From Mucilaginibacter sp. (GTDB taxonomy: Bacteria; Bacteroidota; Bacteroidia; Sphingobacteriales; Sphingobacteriaceae), in the NCBI RefSeq assembly GCF_028287845.1, contig NZ_JAQBOW010000005.1, forward strand, positions 393-64,392: DNA of 64,000 nt. The letters run 5' to 3'. Below the pieces are notes generated by a model, which saw only the letters and a list, made by a program, of their open reading frames with translations, had not been told where the DNA came from and did no database searches. Shown in pieces: positions 18,731-27,458 of this stretch; within the stretch, counting starts at the first letter, position 1, and each line of letters opens with the position of its first letter. A program made the translations under genes and the position numbers.

Positions 18731-20515
18731 TTACCAACCAGGATTTTGCTTTAATTTTGGATTTAATACCAATTCTGTTGTTGGAATGGGATAATAATAA
18801 TATTTATCATTCCACTGTCTCTGTGCATCATAGTTTGGCAGCCAATGAATGTTACCAGTGGTGCCATTTGTAAGATTTGCCGAAGTAACCGGAACCAGAT
18901 AATAAAACACTCCTTTTACTGTAGGTGTAGGTACTGTTGAAACAAAGTTAACATTCAAAACCCCATCTCCGTTTGTAGCATAATTTGTGTTCATTTTAGG
19001 AACATATATACCCAGATAAGGCAAAGACATCATCTGTCCTGTTTTCCATCTTTTAATGTCATCAAATCTCAATCCTTCGCAAAAAAGTTCTACTCCCCGT
19101 TCTCTTCTTATTTCTAATAATACCGGGTCTGATATATTTTGAAAATAAGTGGAAGTTAAATAAGGATCTGCTATTGTTGGATAAGGCGAATTAGTAATGC
19201 CGGCTCTTTGTCTTATTTGCTGTATTGTGGCAACCCAGTCTGAATTGGTAAACTGGCCCAACTCTGCTTTTGCTTCTGCATAATTTAAAAGAATTTCTGC
19301 ATAACGGAATATAGGAATGGAGTTATTATTTAATGAACTATAATCCAAAGTTTTATCATCGAGTGTGAATTTTAAAATATCATACCCGGTGTAAGTATAA
19401 GAAAAGTCTGGAGGAGCTGCCGAGCCGTCTGCTCTTTTATAGCCATTGCAACGGATGGTTTGTTGTAATCTGGGATCTCTGTTCTTCATTTCATTTACAA
19501 ACGAAATCGTATCAAAGCTGCCTTTATCAGTGAACCTGCTTCCATCTGCATTTAAATAACAGTCAACAAACTGCTTGTTTAAACTGCTTCTGAAGCCCAG
19601 GGTTGGACTTGTAAAAAGCGAGTTTAATGAACTATACAATTTTAATGTACTGCTGTAAGCAGAAGCCTGCAAAACTTCATCACTCCAGGGTGCTTGAGTT
19701 GTGAACAGCACTCTGTAATCTGATAAAGGGTTACCGGTGTTGTGTAACTTGTAATTACCCGAAGCTATAATTTGATTCGATGCATCTAATGATGCACTTA
19801 AAAAAACAGAAGCTGTCGAAGTTAAATTTAATTCCGTATGGTACTTTCTAAAAGTACCTTCAAACAAGCAAAATCTTGATTTAAGGGCCAAAGCAACCCA
19901 CTTGGTAATGGTTGTACTGCTTGGATCTTTTGTTGCCGTTAAGTTATTAATGGCAAAATTCAAATCAGCTACAATAGAATCTGCTACTAAAGTTCGCGGA
20001 TCTCTTGGCTTATACAAACTACTGTCTCCTGGGGAAGCTGCATGACTGTACCAGGGTACATCACCATATTGCTTAAGCATTTTGAAATAAAATAAAGCTC
20101 TAAAATATTTTGCTGTACCATTGTAACTATTTCTAACACCTACAGGTATTTTACTACTCGTGTTGTTGTCCAAAAAATAATTAATGTTCCTTAAAATTGT
20201 CCATGACCACCCTCCGGCATTATTTCCATTAGTAGCAGGATCAGCCACAGGATTATTTGCATTAGTAGATGCAGCCATAAGGGGAGGAATGGTGTTGCCG
20301 GTAATATAATCAGAAGTATTATCTGCAGTGGCAAGAGTTGCAGCGGAAGGAACCTGATCTACGTAAAAAGAATTTACGTATAGTGCCAAATCACCACTGT
20401 TTTGAAATACCTGCGGGGGAGTTAGATTAGAGAACGGCTGTTCATTTAAAAATTTTTTACAACTCGTAAACCCGAGGATAGAAAGGATGGTGAAAAATAA
20501 AATGAACTTTTTCAT
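18731..20515 (-). CDS. SusD/RagB-family lipoprotein
   Basis: Lipobox 'GFTSCKKFL', 'MLKQYGDVPWY', 'DPRLQQTI', 'FRYAEILLNYAEA', 'IRRERGVELFCEGLRFDDIKRW', 'LKQNPGW'. Confidence 0.95.
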   Translation of the reverse strand: MKKFILFFTILSILGFTSCKKFLNEQPFSNLTPPQVFQNSGDLALYVNSFYVDQVPSAATLATADNTSDYITGNTIPPLMAASTNANNPVADPATNGNNAGGWSWTILRNINYFLDNNTSSKIPVGVRNSYNGTAKYFRALFYFKMLKQYGDVPWYSHAASPGDSSLYKPRDPRTLVADSIVADLNFAINNLTATKDPSSTTITKWVALALKSRFCLFEGTFRKYHTELNLTSTASVFLSASLDASNQIIASGNYKLHNTGNPLSDYRVLFTTQAPWSDEVLQASAYSSTLKLYSSLNSLFTSPTLGFRSSLNKQFVDCYLNADGSRFTDKGSFDTISFVNEMKNRDPRLQQTIRCNGYKRADGSAAPPDFSYTYTGYDILKFTLDDKTLDYSSLNNNSIPIFRYAEILLNYAEAKAELGQFTNSDWVATIQQIRQRAGITNSPYPTIADPYLTSTYFQNISDPVLLEIRRERGVELFCEGLRFDDIKRWKTGQMMSLPYLGIYVPKMNTNYATNGDGVLNVNFVSTVPTPTVKGVFYYLVPVTSANLTNGTTGNIHWLPNYDAQRQWNDKYYYYPIPTTELVLNPKLKQNPGW

Positions 20516-20534
20516 ATATATTTTTTTAAAAGAT

Positions 20535-23500
20535 CTAAAAAGTTAAATTGATACCTAAAGAATAAGACTTTAACATTGGATAAGAGTACCCGTTACCGAT
20601 ATTAACGCCGGGATTAACCTCGGGGTCTGAACCATAAATCACTTCCGGATCGAAATTCGAGGCGTACTTGCTCAATGGAGTAAAGGTTAAAAGATTTTGA
20701 CCGGTGAAGAAAATTTTCGCGTTGGTTATTTTTAATTTTGATACCAAGCTTTGAGGGATATTGTAAGTAAGGTTGATGTTTTTCAATCTTAGGTAAGCAG
20801 CATTTTGCAAATACCTGGTTTGTACTACAGCTAATTCCCTTGTACCACTTAAAGCAACATATCCCCTGTATCTTGGCCAATAGGCATTAGGATTACTATC
20901 AGACCATACATTTGCCATCATATTAGAAGGTATCGATCCGTAAGGGCGGTTGTATTGCCCCCAAAACAGGCCCGCATCTGTTCCCGGCCACCAGTCTAGA
21001 TGACTAACTCCCTGAAGGAAAGCACTAAATGAGAAATTTTTAACAGTTAAACCAAGATTAACGCCATAAGGAAGTTTCGGTGTTGAATTTCCAATAACGC
21101 TCAAATCGCCGTGATTTGCTAAAGTACCCTTACCTATATTAATTGCATTGTCTCCATTCAAATCTTTGAACATAATATCTCCTGGTAATGGAATATTGGA
21201 GTTAGAAACATTGATATAAGATGTTTGATTTGGATGAGGCGCCGCAAGCTGCGCAGCAGTATACAAACCCTGGGTGGTAAATCCCCAAATTTCTCCAACT
21301 TTTTCGCCTTTATAGTAGGTGTTCACGCCGCCATAAGGAAGAATCCCATTTGGATTGTTGTACTGCGTAATAGTTGAAGTATAATTAGACAAAACAATCC
21401 CTACTGAATAACTTACTGATTTTGAAATATGATCGCTCCAATTTAAAGAAAGGTCCCAGCCGTTAGTTCTTAGATTAGAAAAATTGCCATTAGGAACCGC
21501 TGCACCAAAGGTTGCCGGCAAGGGCTGACTAGGCGTAAACATTCCGGTAGTGGCCCTTGAATAATAGTCAAAAGATCCTGTTAACCTATCGTTTAACATA
21601 GAAAAATCTAATCCACCATCAATAGTAGTTGAAGTTTCCCAGGTTAAGTTTGTAGGTAAAACATTAGGATTTTTTGTATAAGTGGGATAAGCGCCATTGA
21701 TACTTGTTGAAGTTGATTGAGCTACAGCCATTTGAGGAATAAACTGATAAGGATTAATATTACCATTTCCTAAGCTGCCGTAGGAAGCTCTGAACTTGAA
21801 ATTATCCAACCAGCTTGATGCAAACGACATGAAATGCTCTTTAGACATTACCCAACCTGCAGAAACAGAAGGGAAAAATCCGAATTGAGAATAGGACGGA
21901 AACTTTGATGAGCCGTCATATCTTCCATTTACTTCAAATAAATATTTCTCGTCAAAATTATAGTTTAACCTCGCAAAAAAACCGGCAATGGTCCACTCGT
22001 TACCACCCCCTGTAATGGTATAGTTTGTTCCGTTTAATAAATTGAAATTAGGTAATGAAGGATCTATCAACCCGTCTCTCTGGTAACTATTTGTATTTAT
22101 TTTATTGTCTTCAATATTTGTTCCCGCAAGGAGTTTAAATGAATGTTTTCCAAAATTCTTTTTTCCCTCTGCGTAAACGTTAGTAGCCCAATAATTAGTA
22201 ATTGAACCGGAATTATTCAAATAATTATTTACGCTAGTGCCAGAAAGACCAGGGCCTGCGCTGTAGCTCACAGGGTAAAATTGTGACAATACGTTATAAT
22301 TCGTGTATGCGTAAGAAAAATCAGCCTTAACGTTTAAATAATTTTTAATTACATCCGCATTTAATGATACCGTATTTCTTATATACAATTGGTTGGTGTT
22401 GGAATTATTGTTTCCTGTAGCTAAATCACCAACTGCCAGATAAGATGACGGAGTTAACGACCCATCGGGGTTGTACATTACCCCCACCGGAGATGCAGCA
22501 ATATCCAGGTATCTTGTAACTGGTGCGTTGCCATTTGTAAGAGGATAGAAATACTTATAAGAATTAAAATCCAGGTTATCTGACAGGGTTAACCAGGGCG
22601 TCATATTTATAGTACCTTTCATACGAAGATTATACCGGCTAAAGTCATCAGGATTATAGGTATATATTCCTTTTTGATTATAAGCGCGGCCAGATATATA
22701 GAAGCTGGTATTTTTAGTGCTGCTTGCAATATTTAATGAATAATCTGTTGCAGGCATTGACTGTCTATATAATTGTTTATACCAATCGGTATTGCCATAA
22801 TAAACATACTTTCCGGTAGCGGGATCTACTGTTACCTGTGGCAGTGAGGGATTGGTGGTTCTTGCTTTTAAAGAATCTAAAAAAGACGGACTGTAAGGTA
22901 AAACCCCATTTATTGTTGTTGGCTGCGAACGATAGTCATACCAACCCATGTAAGAGTCTGCAAAGTCCTTTGTCCATTCATATCCATTGCTTACTACAGA
23001 AGGATTTATCGTCTTTTGATTAATGGTATAACTGGCACTAAAATTAATAGTGGTTTTTTCCTTTTTTGGATTTTTTGTATTGATCAGCACCACTCCATAA
23101 GCACCTCTTGCTCCATAAATAGCACTTGATGCGGCATCTTTTAAAACAGATATGTTATCGATATCATTAGGATTTAACAAGCCCGGATCACCAGGTACAC
23201 CATCAATTAATACCAATGCCGATCCTCCACCTCCAATAGAAGTAGTTCCCCTGATATTAAATGAAGGAGACCGTATGGGCTTACCATCAGTCATCACAAT
23301 ATTTAAGTTAGGAACTACCCCTTCTAATCCTCTTGCAACGTTTGGCGTGGGCCTGTCAGCCAAGACTTCGCCGCTAACCGTTGATATGGCACCTGTTAGG
23401 TCTATCTTTTTTTGAGTGCCATATCCTACCACAACAACTTCATTAAGCCCGTTATTAGCAACTTTCATGGATATGTTCATGGTTACTTCTTGTCCTGTTA

Positions 23501-24110
23501 CCTTCACAGTTTGATCCTGTGCAGCGTAACCAATAAAACGGAAGTTAAGCACTGCATGATCAGGCACATTGATACTATATTTTCCGTTATTATCTGTCGA
23601 GGTGGAATTTTTACCTTCTTTTTCGGATACTAATACTCCAGGTAGCGGTTGCCCCATCTCGTCAGTTACTTGTCCTGTTACTTTAACTACCGGGATATTT
23701 TCCTCTACAATAAAACTTTCGTTAGATTCAATTCGCTTTACTTTCAGAAAAATATTGCGTTCATTCACCTGGCTAATTTTTCCTTTATAACCTTTAAGGA
23801 GTTTTTTAAGGATAACAAGTACAGGTTCATCCATGGCAGTAATGTCCACCTTTTGGTCGGCATTAACATCCTTCGCGTTATAACCCAGAGAAAAATCCGT
23901 TTTTTGCTCTATGGCATAAAAAGCGGCCTTTAAAGAAACATTATGAGCACTTAAGCTTATCCTGGTATCATTCATCGTTTGGCCTTTTATGGTACCGGCC
24001 ATGCACATAGTTTGAAATAACAGGATGATAATAAATTGAATACGCATAAACTTAAAAAGAAAATTAATGGTATATGGTATGGCTATATTTTTGTAAATAT
24101 TTATTCGCAT
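20535..24110 (-). CDS. SusC/RagA TonB-dependent transporter with STN domain
   Basis: 'LNEVVVVGYGTQKK..LTGAIS', 'LNPNDIDNISVLKDAASSAIYGARGAYGVVLI.TK', 'RYDGSSKFP', 'LTWETSTT', C-terminal 'SLGINLTF'. Confidence 0.95.
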   Translation of the reverse strand: MRINIYKNIAIPYTINFLFKFMRIQFIIILLFQTMCMAGTIKGQTMNDTRISLSAHNVSLKAAFYAIEQKTDFSLGYNAKDVNADQKVDITAMDEPVLVILKKLLKGYKGKISQVNERNIFLKVKRIESNESFIVEENIPVVKVTGQVTDEMGQPLPGVLVSEKEGKNSTSTDNNGKYSINVPDHAVLNFRFIGYAAQDQTVKVTGQEVTMNISMKVANNGLNEVVVVGYGTQKKIDLTGAISTVSGEVLADRPTPNVARGLEGVVPNLNIVMTDGKPIRSPSFNIRGTTSIGGGGSALVLIDGVPGDPGLLNPNDIDNISVLKDAASSAIYGARGAYGVVLINTKNPKKEKTTINFSASYTINQKTINPSVVSNGYEWTKDFADSYMGWYDYRSQPTTINGVLPYSPSFLDSLKARTTNPSLPQVTVDPATGKYVYYGNTDWYKQLYRQSMPATDYSLNIASSTKNTSFYISGRAYNQKGIYTYNPDDFSRYNLRMKGTINMTPWLTLSDNLDFNSYKYFYPLTNGNAPVTRYLDIAASPVGVMYNPDGSLTPSSYLAVGDLATGNNNSNTNQLYIRNTVSLNADVIKNYLNVKADFSYAYTNYNVLSQFYPVSYSAGPGLSGTSVNNYLNNSGSITNYWATNVYAEGKKNFGKHSFKLLAGTNIEDNKINTNSYQRDGLIDPSLPNFNLLNGTNYTITGGGNEWTIAGFFARLNYNFDEKYLFEVNGRYDGSSKFPSYSQFGFFPSVSAGWVMSKEHFMSFASSWLDNFKFRASYGSLGNGNINPYQFIPQMAVAQSTSTSINGAYPTYTKNPNVLPTNLTWETSTTIDGGLDFSMLNDRLTGSFDYYSRATTGMFTPSQPLPATFGAAVPNGNFSNLRTNGWDLSLNWSDHISKSVSYSVGIVLSNYTSTITQYNNPNGILPYGGVNTYYKGEKVGEIWGFTTQGLYTAAQLAAPHPNQTSYINVSNSNIPLPGDIMFKDLNGDNAINIGKGTLANHGDLSVIGNSTPKLPYGVNLGLTVKNFSFSAFLQGVSHLDWWPGTDAGLFWGQYNRPYGSIPSNMMANVWSDSNPNAYWPRYRGYVALSGTRELAVVQTRYLQNAAYLRLKNINLTYNIPQSLVSKLKITNAKIFFTGQNLLTFTPLSKYASNFDPEVIYGSDPEVNPGVNIGNGYSYPMLKSYSLGINLTF

Positions 24111-24176
24111 TTTTGTTAATATTTAATGATTCAGTAATCTTTGAATTACTGCGGCTGCTACAGCGGCAGGTTATTG

Positions 24177-24212
24177 TACAGGAAATGTTGGCGCATTTCC
24201 TGTATTTTTTTT
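24177..24212 (+). terminator. Intrinsic terminator oriented antisense to the PUL (fecR-susC gap)
   Basis: Perfect 11-bp stem TACAGGAAATG/CATTTCCTGTA, loop TTGGCG, then T8 on the + strand only. Confidence 0.65.
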
Positions 24213-24261
24213 GAGTTCCTTTCTACATATATTATTATTTTAAATACGGTTACTGTGCATC

Positions 24262-25257
24262 TTATCTGCAATTTTGAATATTTATAGTCAGTTGCTGCCT
24301 TTTTAGCTCATAAGTTATCCCAGACAAGTTTGCCAGCAAGGGTAACAGCTTTTCAAGTGAATAATTATCAAATGTTACAGTATACAGACCCGGCTTGCGG
24401 GGCTGGCCGATAAGCACAACTGATATATTATAGTTCCTTTCAAGCACGTGGGCTATCTGTGTTATAGGAGCTTGACTAAATACAAGCTTGTTTGTCTTCC
24501 AGGCGCTCAACGTGTCGGCATCAGCCAGTGTTTGGCGGTAAGTATCTTTTTTTAGATCATATACCAGCAGGTGATTATGCGTAAGATTTTTACCAATCAG
24601 TGTTTTATCGCCAACATCTTCTTTTTCAACCTGAACCTTGCCCGTGGCTACCGCTATGCTTACAGAATTTTCATCAGCATAAGCATTGATATTAAAAGAT
24701 GTTCCTACAACACGGGTATATATTTTCCCTGTTTTAATAATAAAAGGCCGGGTTTTATCCTTACTTACCTGGAAAAACGCCTCCCCCTGCAACAGTACGT
24801 CTCGTTTTTTTACACCAAAATCCGAAGCGATTTGAATAGTTGAGGCCGCATTAAGCGTAACCACAGACCCATCTGAAAGCTGAATTTCTCTTCGCTCGCC
24901 TTTCCGTGTACTAAATTTGCTATAAGTAATTAAGCTGGATTGTGATTTTTTAAATTTACCAACCATGAAGTAAATCATGCACCCGGCTATTAAACAAGCG
25001 GCAATTCGTAATAAGGTATAAACGAGGCTTCTTTTATTATCGCCGGGCTGCTTCGTATTGTTTTCGCCAAAAAGTTTAATCAGCGTTTGTTGAGCAGCCT
25101 CGTCTGCAGCCAATTGCACATCATCGAAATTGAAGTCGTATGCCTTAAAAGAATTATACCACCGCCTGATGCGGGCTGTTTCATCCGGAGTGCATTGGTC
25201 GGCTTTATATTTTTGAAGAAGCGCTATAGCCTCTTCCTTTTCTGATGATATATCCAT
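24262..25257 (-). CDS. FecR-family anti-sigma factor
   Basis: 'REIQLSDGSVVTLNAASTI', 'LQGEAFFQVSKDKTRPFII', 'VVGTSFNINAY', 'AWKTNKLVF'. Confidence 0.93.
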   Translation of the reverse strand: MDISSEKEEAIALLQKYKADQCTPDETARIRRWYNSFKAYDFNFDDVQLAADEAAQQTLIKLFGENNTKQPGDNKRSLVYTLLRIAACLIAGCMIYFMVGKFKKSQSSLITYSKFSTRKGERREIQLSDGSVVTLNAASTIQIASDFGVKKRDVLLQGEAFFQVSKDKTRPFIIKTGKIYTRVVGTSFNINAYADENSVSIAVATGKVQVEKEDVGDKTLIGKNLTHNHLLVYDLKKDTYRQTLADADTLSAWKTNKLVFSQAPITQIAHVLERNYNISVVLIGQPRKPGLYTVTFDNYSLEKLLPLLANLSGITYELKRQQLTINIQNCR

Positions 25258-25360
25258 TCATCAGTATAGTCTGAAAAAGAGCCGGGGCGTACCGTTAACA
25301 AATCGCTATGTTTATATTAAGCCTTCGTTAAGAAGCCAGGATCAGAAAATTATCAGCACT

Positions 25361-25948
25361 TTAACAAAATATTTTGATCAGGACACAAAAAAGCAGCAGG
25401 GAGAGGTTATTGCTAACCATTCGCTTACGAAGCTGCTTAAGCGCTATAGAGATATTGTTTTTCACCGTCTGTTCAGATAAATTCAGGACCACAGCTATTT
25501 CCTTTACCGATTTTTGATCAATCCGGCTCATACGAAAAACTGTTCTGGTTGTGTCAGGCATTTTTTCTACTTCCTCCATCAGCTCCTGTCTTAGCTCATT
25601 TGCAATTACTTGATTTTCAATAGGAAACACAGACGGCTCGTCTTTTTCAAGCAATAAATGGTGCCTGGATATATTCTTCTTATGAAGTATTTGCCAGTCG
25701 ATAATGGCATAAAACGCAGATTTGGACAGATATGGATATAAGGTTGCAGACTGGATCTGGTGACGGTTATTCCAAAGGGAAATAAATATTTCCTGTATAA
25801 TATCCTTTGCATCGTCTTCCATCCGCACCCGGCTTTGCACAATCTTGTAAAGCCTGATATTATACCGGTAAACTATAACCGAAAAGGCTTGCTGGTCATC
25901 CATTTGAATCCTCCTCAATAATTCCTCGTCCGTCAAACTTCTAATCAT
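25361..25948 (-). CDS. ECF sigma-70 factor
   Basis: 'DDQQAFSVIVYRY', 'AKDIIQEIFISLW', 'MPDTTRTVFRMSR', 'IAVVLNLSEQTVKNNISIALK'. Start likely MIRSL at 25948 because a -7 box lies at 25956-25963. Confidence 0.92.
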   Translation of the reverse strand: MIRSLTDEELLRRIQMDDQQAFSVIVYRYNIRLYKIVQSRVRMEDDAKDIIQEIFISLWNNRHQIQSATLYPYLSKSAFYAIIDWQILHKKNISRHHLLLEKDEPSVFPIENQVIANELRQELMEEVEKMPDTTRTVFRMSRIDQKSVKEIAVVLNLSEQTVKNNISIALKQLRKRMVSNNLSLLLFCVLIKIFC

Positions 25949-25955
25949 AGCACTG

Positions 25956-25963
25956 CAAAGATA
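25956..25963 (-). promoter_or_regulatory. Bacteroidota housekeeping promoter -7 box for the ECF sigma gene
   Basis: TATCTTTG matches TAnnTTTG just upstream of ATG 25948. Confidence 0.55.
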
Positions 25964-26076
25964 AGGGTGCAATGTAAATCAGATGTTAAATGTTCTACCA
26001 ATGAAAAAGAAAATTAGTGGATATAATTTTCCGGGATCGGTCCGAAAATCTGGAGGGAAATTATTGAAATAATCAT

Positions 26077-26112
26077 AAAAAAAACCCTCTAAATCTTACA
26101 ATTTAGAGGGTT
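26077..26112 (-). terminator. tRNA-Pro terminator
   Basis: AACCCTCTAAAT/ATTTAGAGGGTT stem followed by a T-run on the minus strand. Confidence 0.8.
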
Positions 26113-26136
26113 CTGATACTAGTGGTATCGCTGGTG

Positions 26137-26210
26137 TCGGGATGGCAGGATTCGAACCTGCGGCCTCCACATCCCAAATGTGGCGCGATACCGGGCTACG
26201 CTACATCCCG
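26137..26210 (-). tRNA. tRNA-Pro (anticodon TGG)
   Basis: Acceptor CGGGATG/CATCCCG, anticodon arm CCACA-TTTGGGA-TGTGG, T-arm GCAGG-TTCGAAT-CCTGC. CCA is not encoded directly after the discriminator. Confidence 0.97.
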
Positions 26211-26220
26211 ATTGGGATTG

Positions 26221-26251
26221 CAAAGGTAAGCTTTAAAATTACTGTTGCAAA
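26221..26251 (-). promoter_or_regulatory. Bacteroidota sigma-A promoter of tRNA-Pro
   Basis: TTTG (26248-26251), 19-bp spacer, TACCTTTG (26221-26228): the canonical -33/-7 arrangement. Confidence 0.8.
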
Positions 26252-26462
26252 TATTTTTTAAAGAACTTTATAGATGCTTTTTTTCTTGTTTTAAGGCTGT
26301 GAATAAACCCTGCAGCCCATAAGTTACAATGCATAATCTAACTCATTGTGCAACAATCACATGATATTTAAGCAACAATTATATGACATTAAAATTTTTG
26401 TTAAACTTCCACGTAATTTCACAGTCAATAACCAATATCGCCAAAAACTAATTCTAAATAAA

Positions 26463-27407
26463 ATGAAAAAATATCTTCCCCTGGCCATTATAATGGTGTT
26501 TTGTTTTGCAAAAACATTTGCTCAATCAAAATTAAAAGAAGTACAAACTAACAGTTTATGGGCTGCTACTGCAGTTAAAGTTGATGGTAACCTTAGCGAA
26601 TGGAAAAATGATTTTCAGGCCTATAATAAAAGCACCAAACTGTATTACACAATGGCTAATGATGCAAAATATCTTTACCTGGTAATACAATCAACAGATG
26701 CTACTAACAAGGCTAAAATTGCAGCAGGCGGTATAACCTTTACTATTAACACTGCTGATAAGAAAAAAGATAAAGACGCATTCATTCTTACTTATCCGGT
26801 AGTAAACAGGGCAAATGGCCGTGGGCAGCGCGGACAAAGAGGAGGCGGTGGATTTGGTGGCGGCAGAAATGGCGGAGTAGCACTGTCAGACTCGGCCATT
26901 AAAGCGGCTGCAGATTTACAGCACCAACAATTTATTGCTGCAAGCAAAGAGATAAAAGTTTTTGGATTTAAAGATATTACAGATTCACTTATTTCTATTT
27001 ATAACGAATACAGCATAAAAGCCTCCATTGGTTATGATGCCCAGGGAAATTTCACTTACGAAATGGCTGTACCGCTTAAGGTGTTAGAACTTTCGGCAGA
27101 TGCGCCCAGGGAATTTGCTTATAATTTGAAGCTTAATGGCATACAAATAGCACCAAGAAACAATGATGGTACGCCTGGTGCCGACCGGGGCAACGCTGGC
27201 GGTAATGCAGCCGGCGGATTTGGTGGTGGTGGCGGCGGATTTGGCGGCGGCGGTGGTGGTCGTGGAGGAAATGGTGGTGGTCGTGGCGGTAATGGCGGCG
27301 GCGGTAATGGAGGCGGTGGCGGCAATGGCGGGAGAAACAATATAGATTTCCAGGAACTAGCTGCGCCAACCGATTTTTGGGGGAAATATACCTTAGCAAA
27401 ACAATAA
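26463..27407 (+). CDS. Exported hypothetical protein with Gly/Arg/Asn-rich low-complexity segments
   Basis: Signal peptide MKKYLPLAIIMVFCFAKTFAQ from ATG 26463, globular 'VKVDGNLSEW...YYTMANDAKYLYL', poly-Gly tract near 27175-27335. Confidence 0.8.
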   Translation: MKKYLPLAIIMVFCFAKTFAQSKLKEVQTNSLWAATAVKVDGNLSEWKNDFQAYNKSTKLYYTMANDAKYLYLVIQSTDATNKAKIAAGGITFTINTADKKKDKDAFILTYPVVNRANGRGQRGQRGGGGFGGGRNGGVALSDSAIKAAADLQHQQFIAASKEIKVFGFKDITDSLISIYNEYSIKASIGYDAQGNFTYEMAVPLKVLELSADAPREFAYNLKLNGIQIAPRNNDGTPGADRGNAGGNAAGGFGGGGGGFGGGGGGRGGNGGGRGGNGGGGNGGGGGNGGRNNIDFQELAAPTDFWGKYTLAKQ

Positions 27408-27458
27408 TACAACAGCTAAACACCAATAACCAACCCGTTATTTACCTAACCCCACAAC

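Noticed and set aside
12955-26210. Genomic island integrated at the 3' end of tRNA-Pro (the region looks AT-richer by eye)
   Set aside because: No integrase, and I found no duplicated tRNA 3' end (att repeat) in the window; GC content was not computed.
27119-27426. Pro-rich and His/Arg-rich ORFs antisense to or overlapping the Gly-rich gene
   Set aside because: Expected shadows of GGN-codon repeats, which lack stops in other frames.
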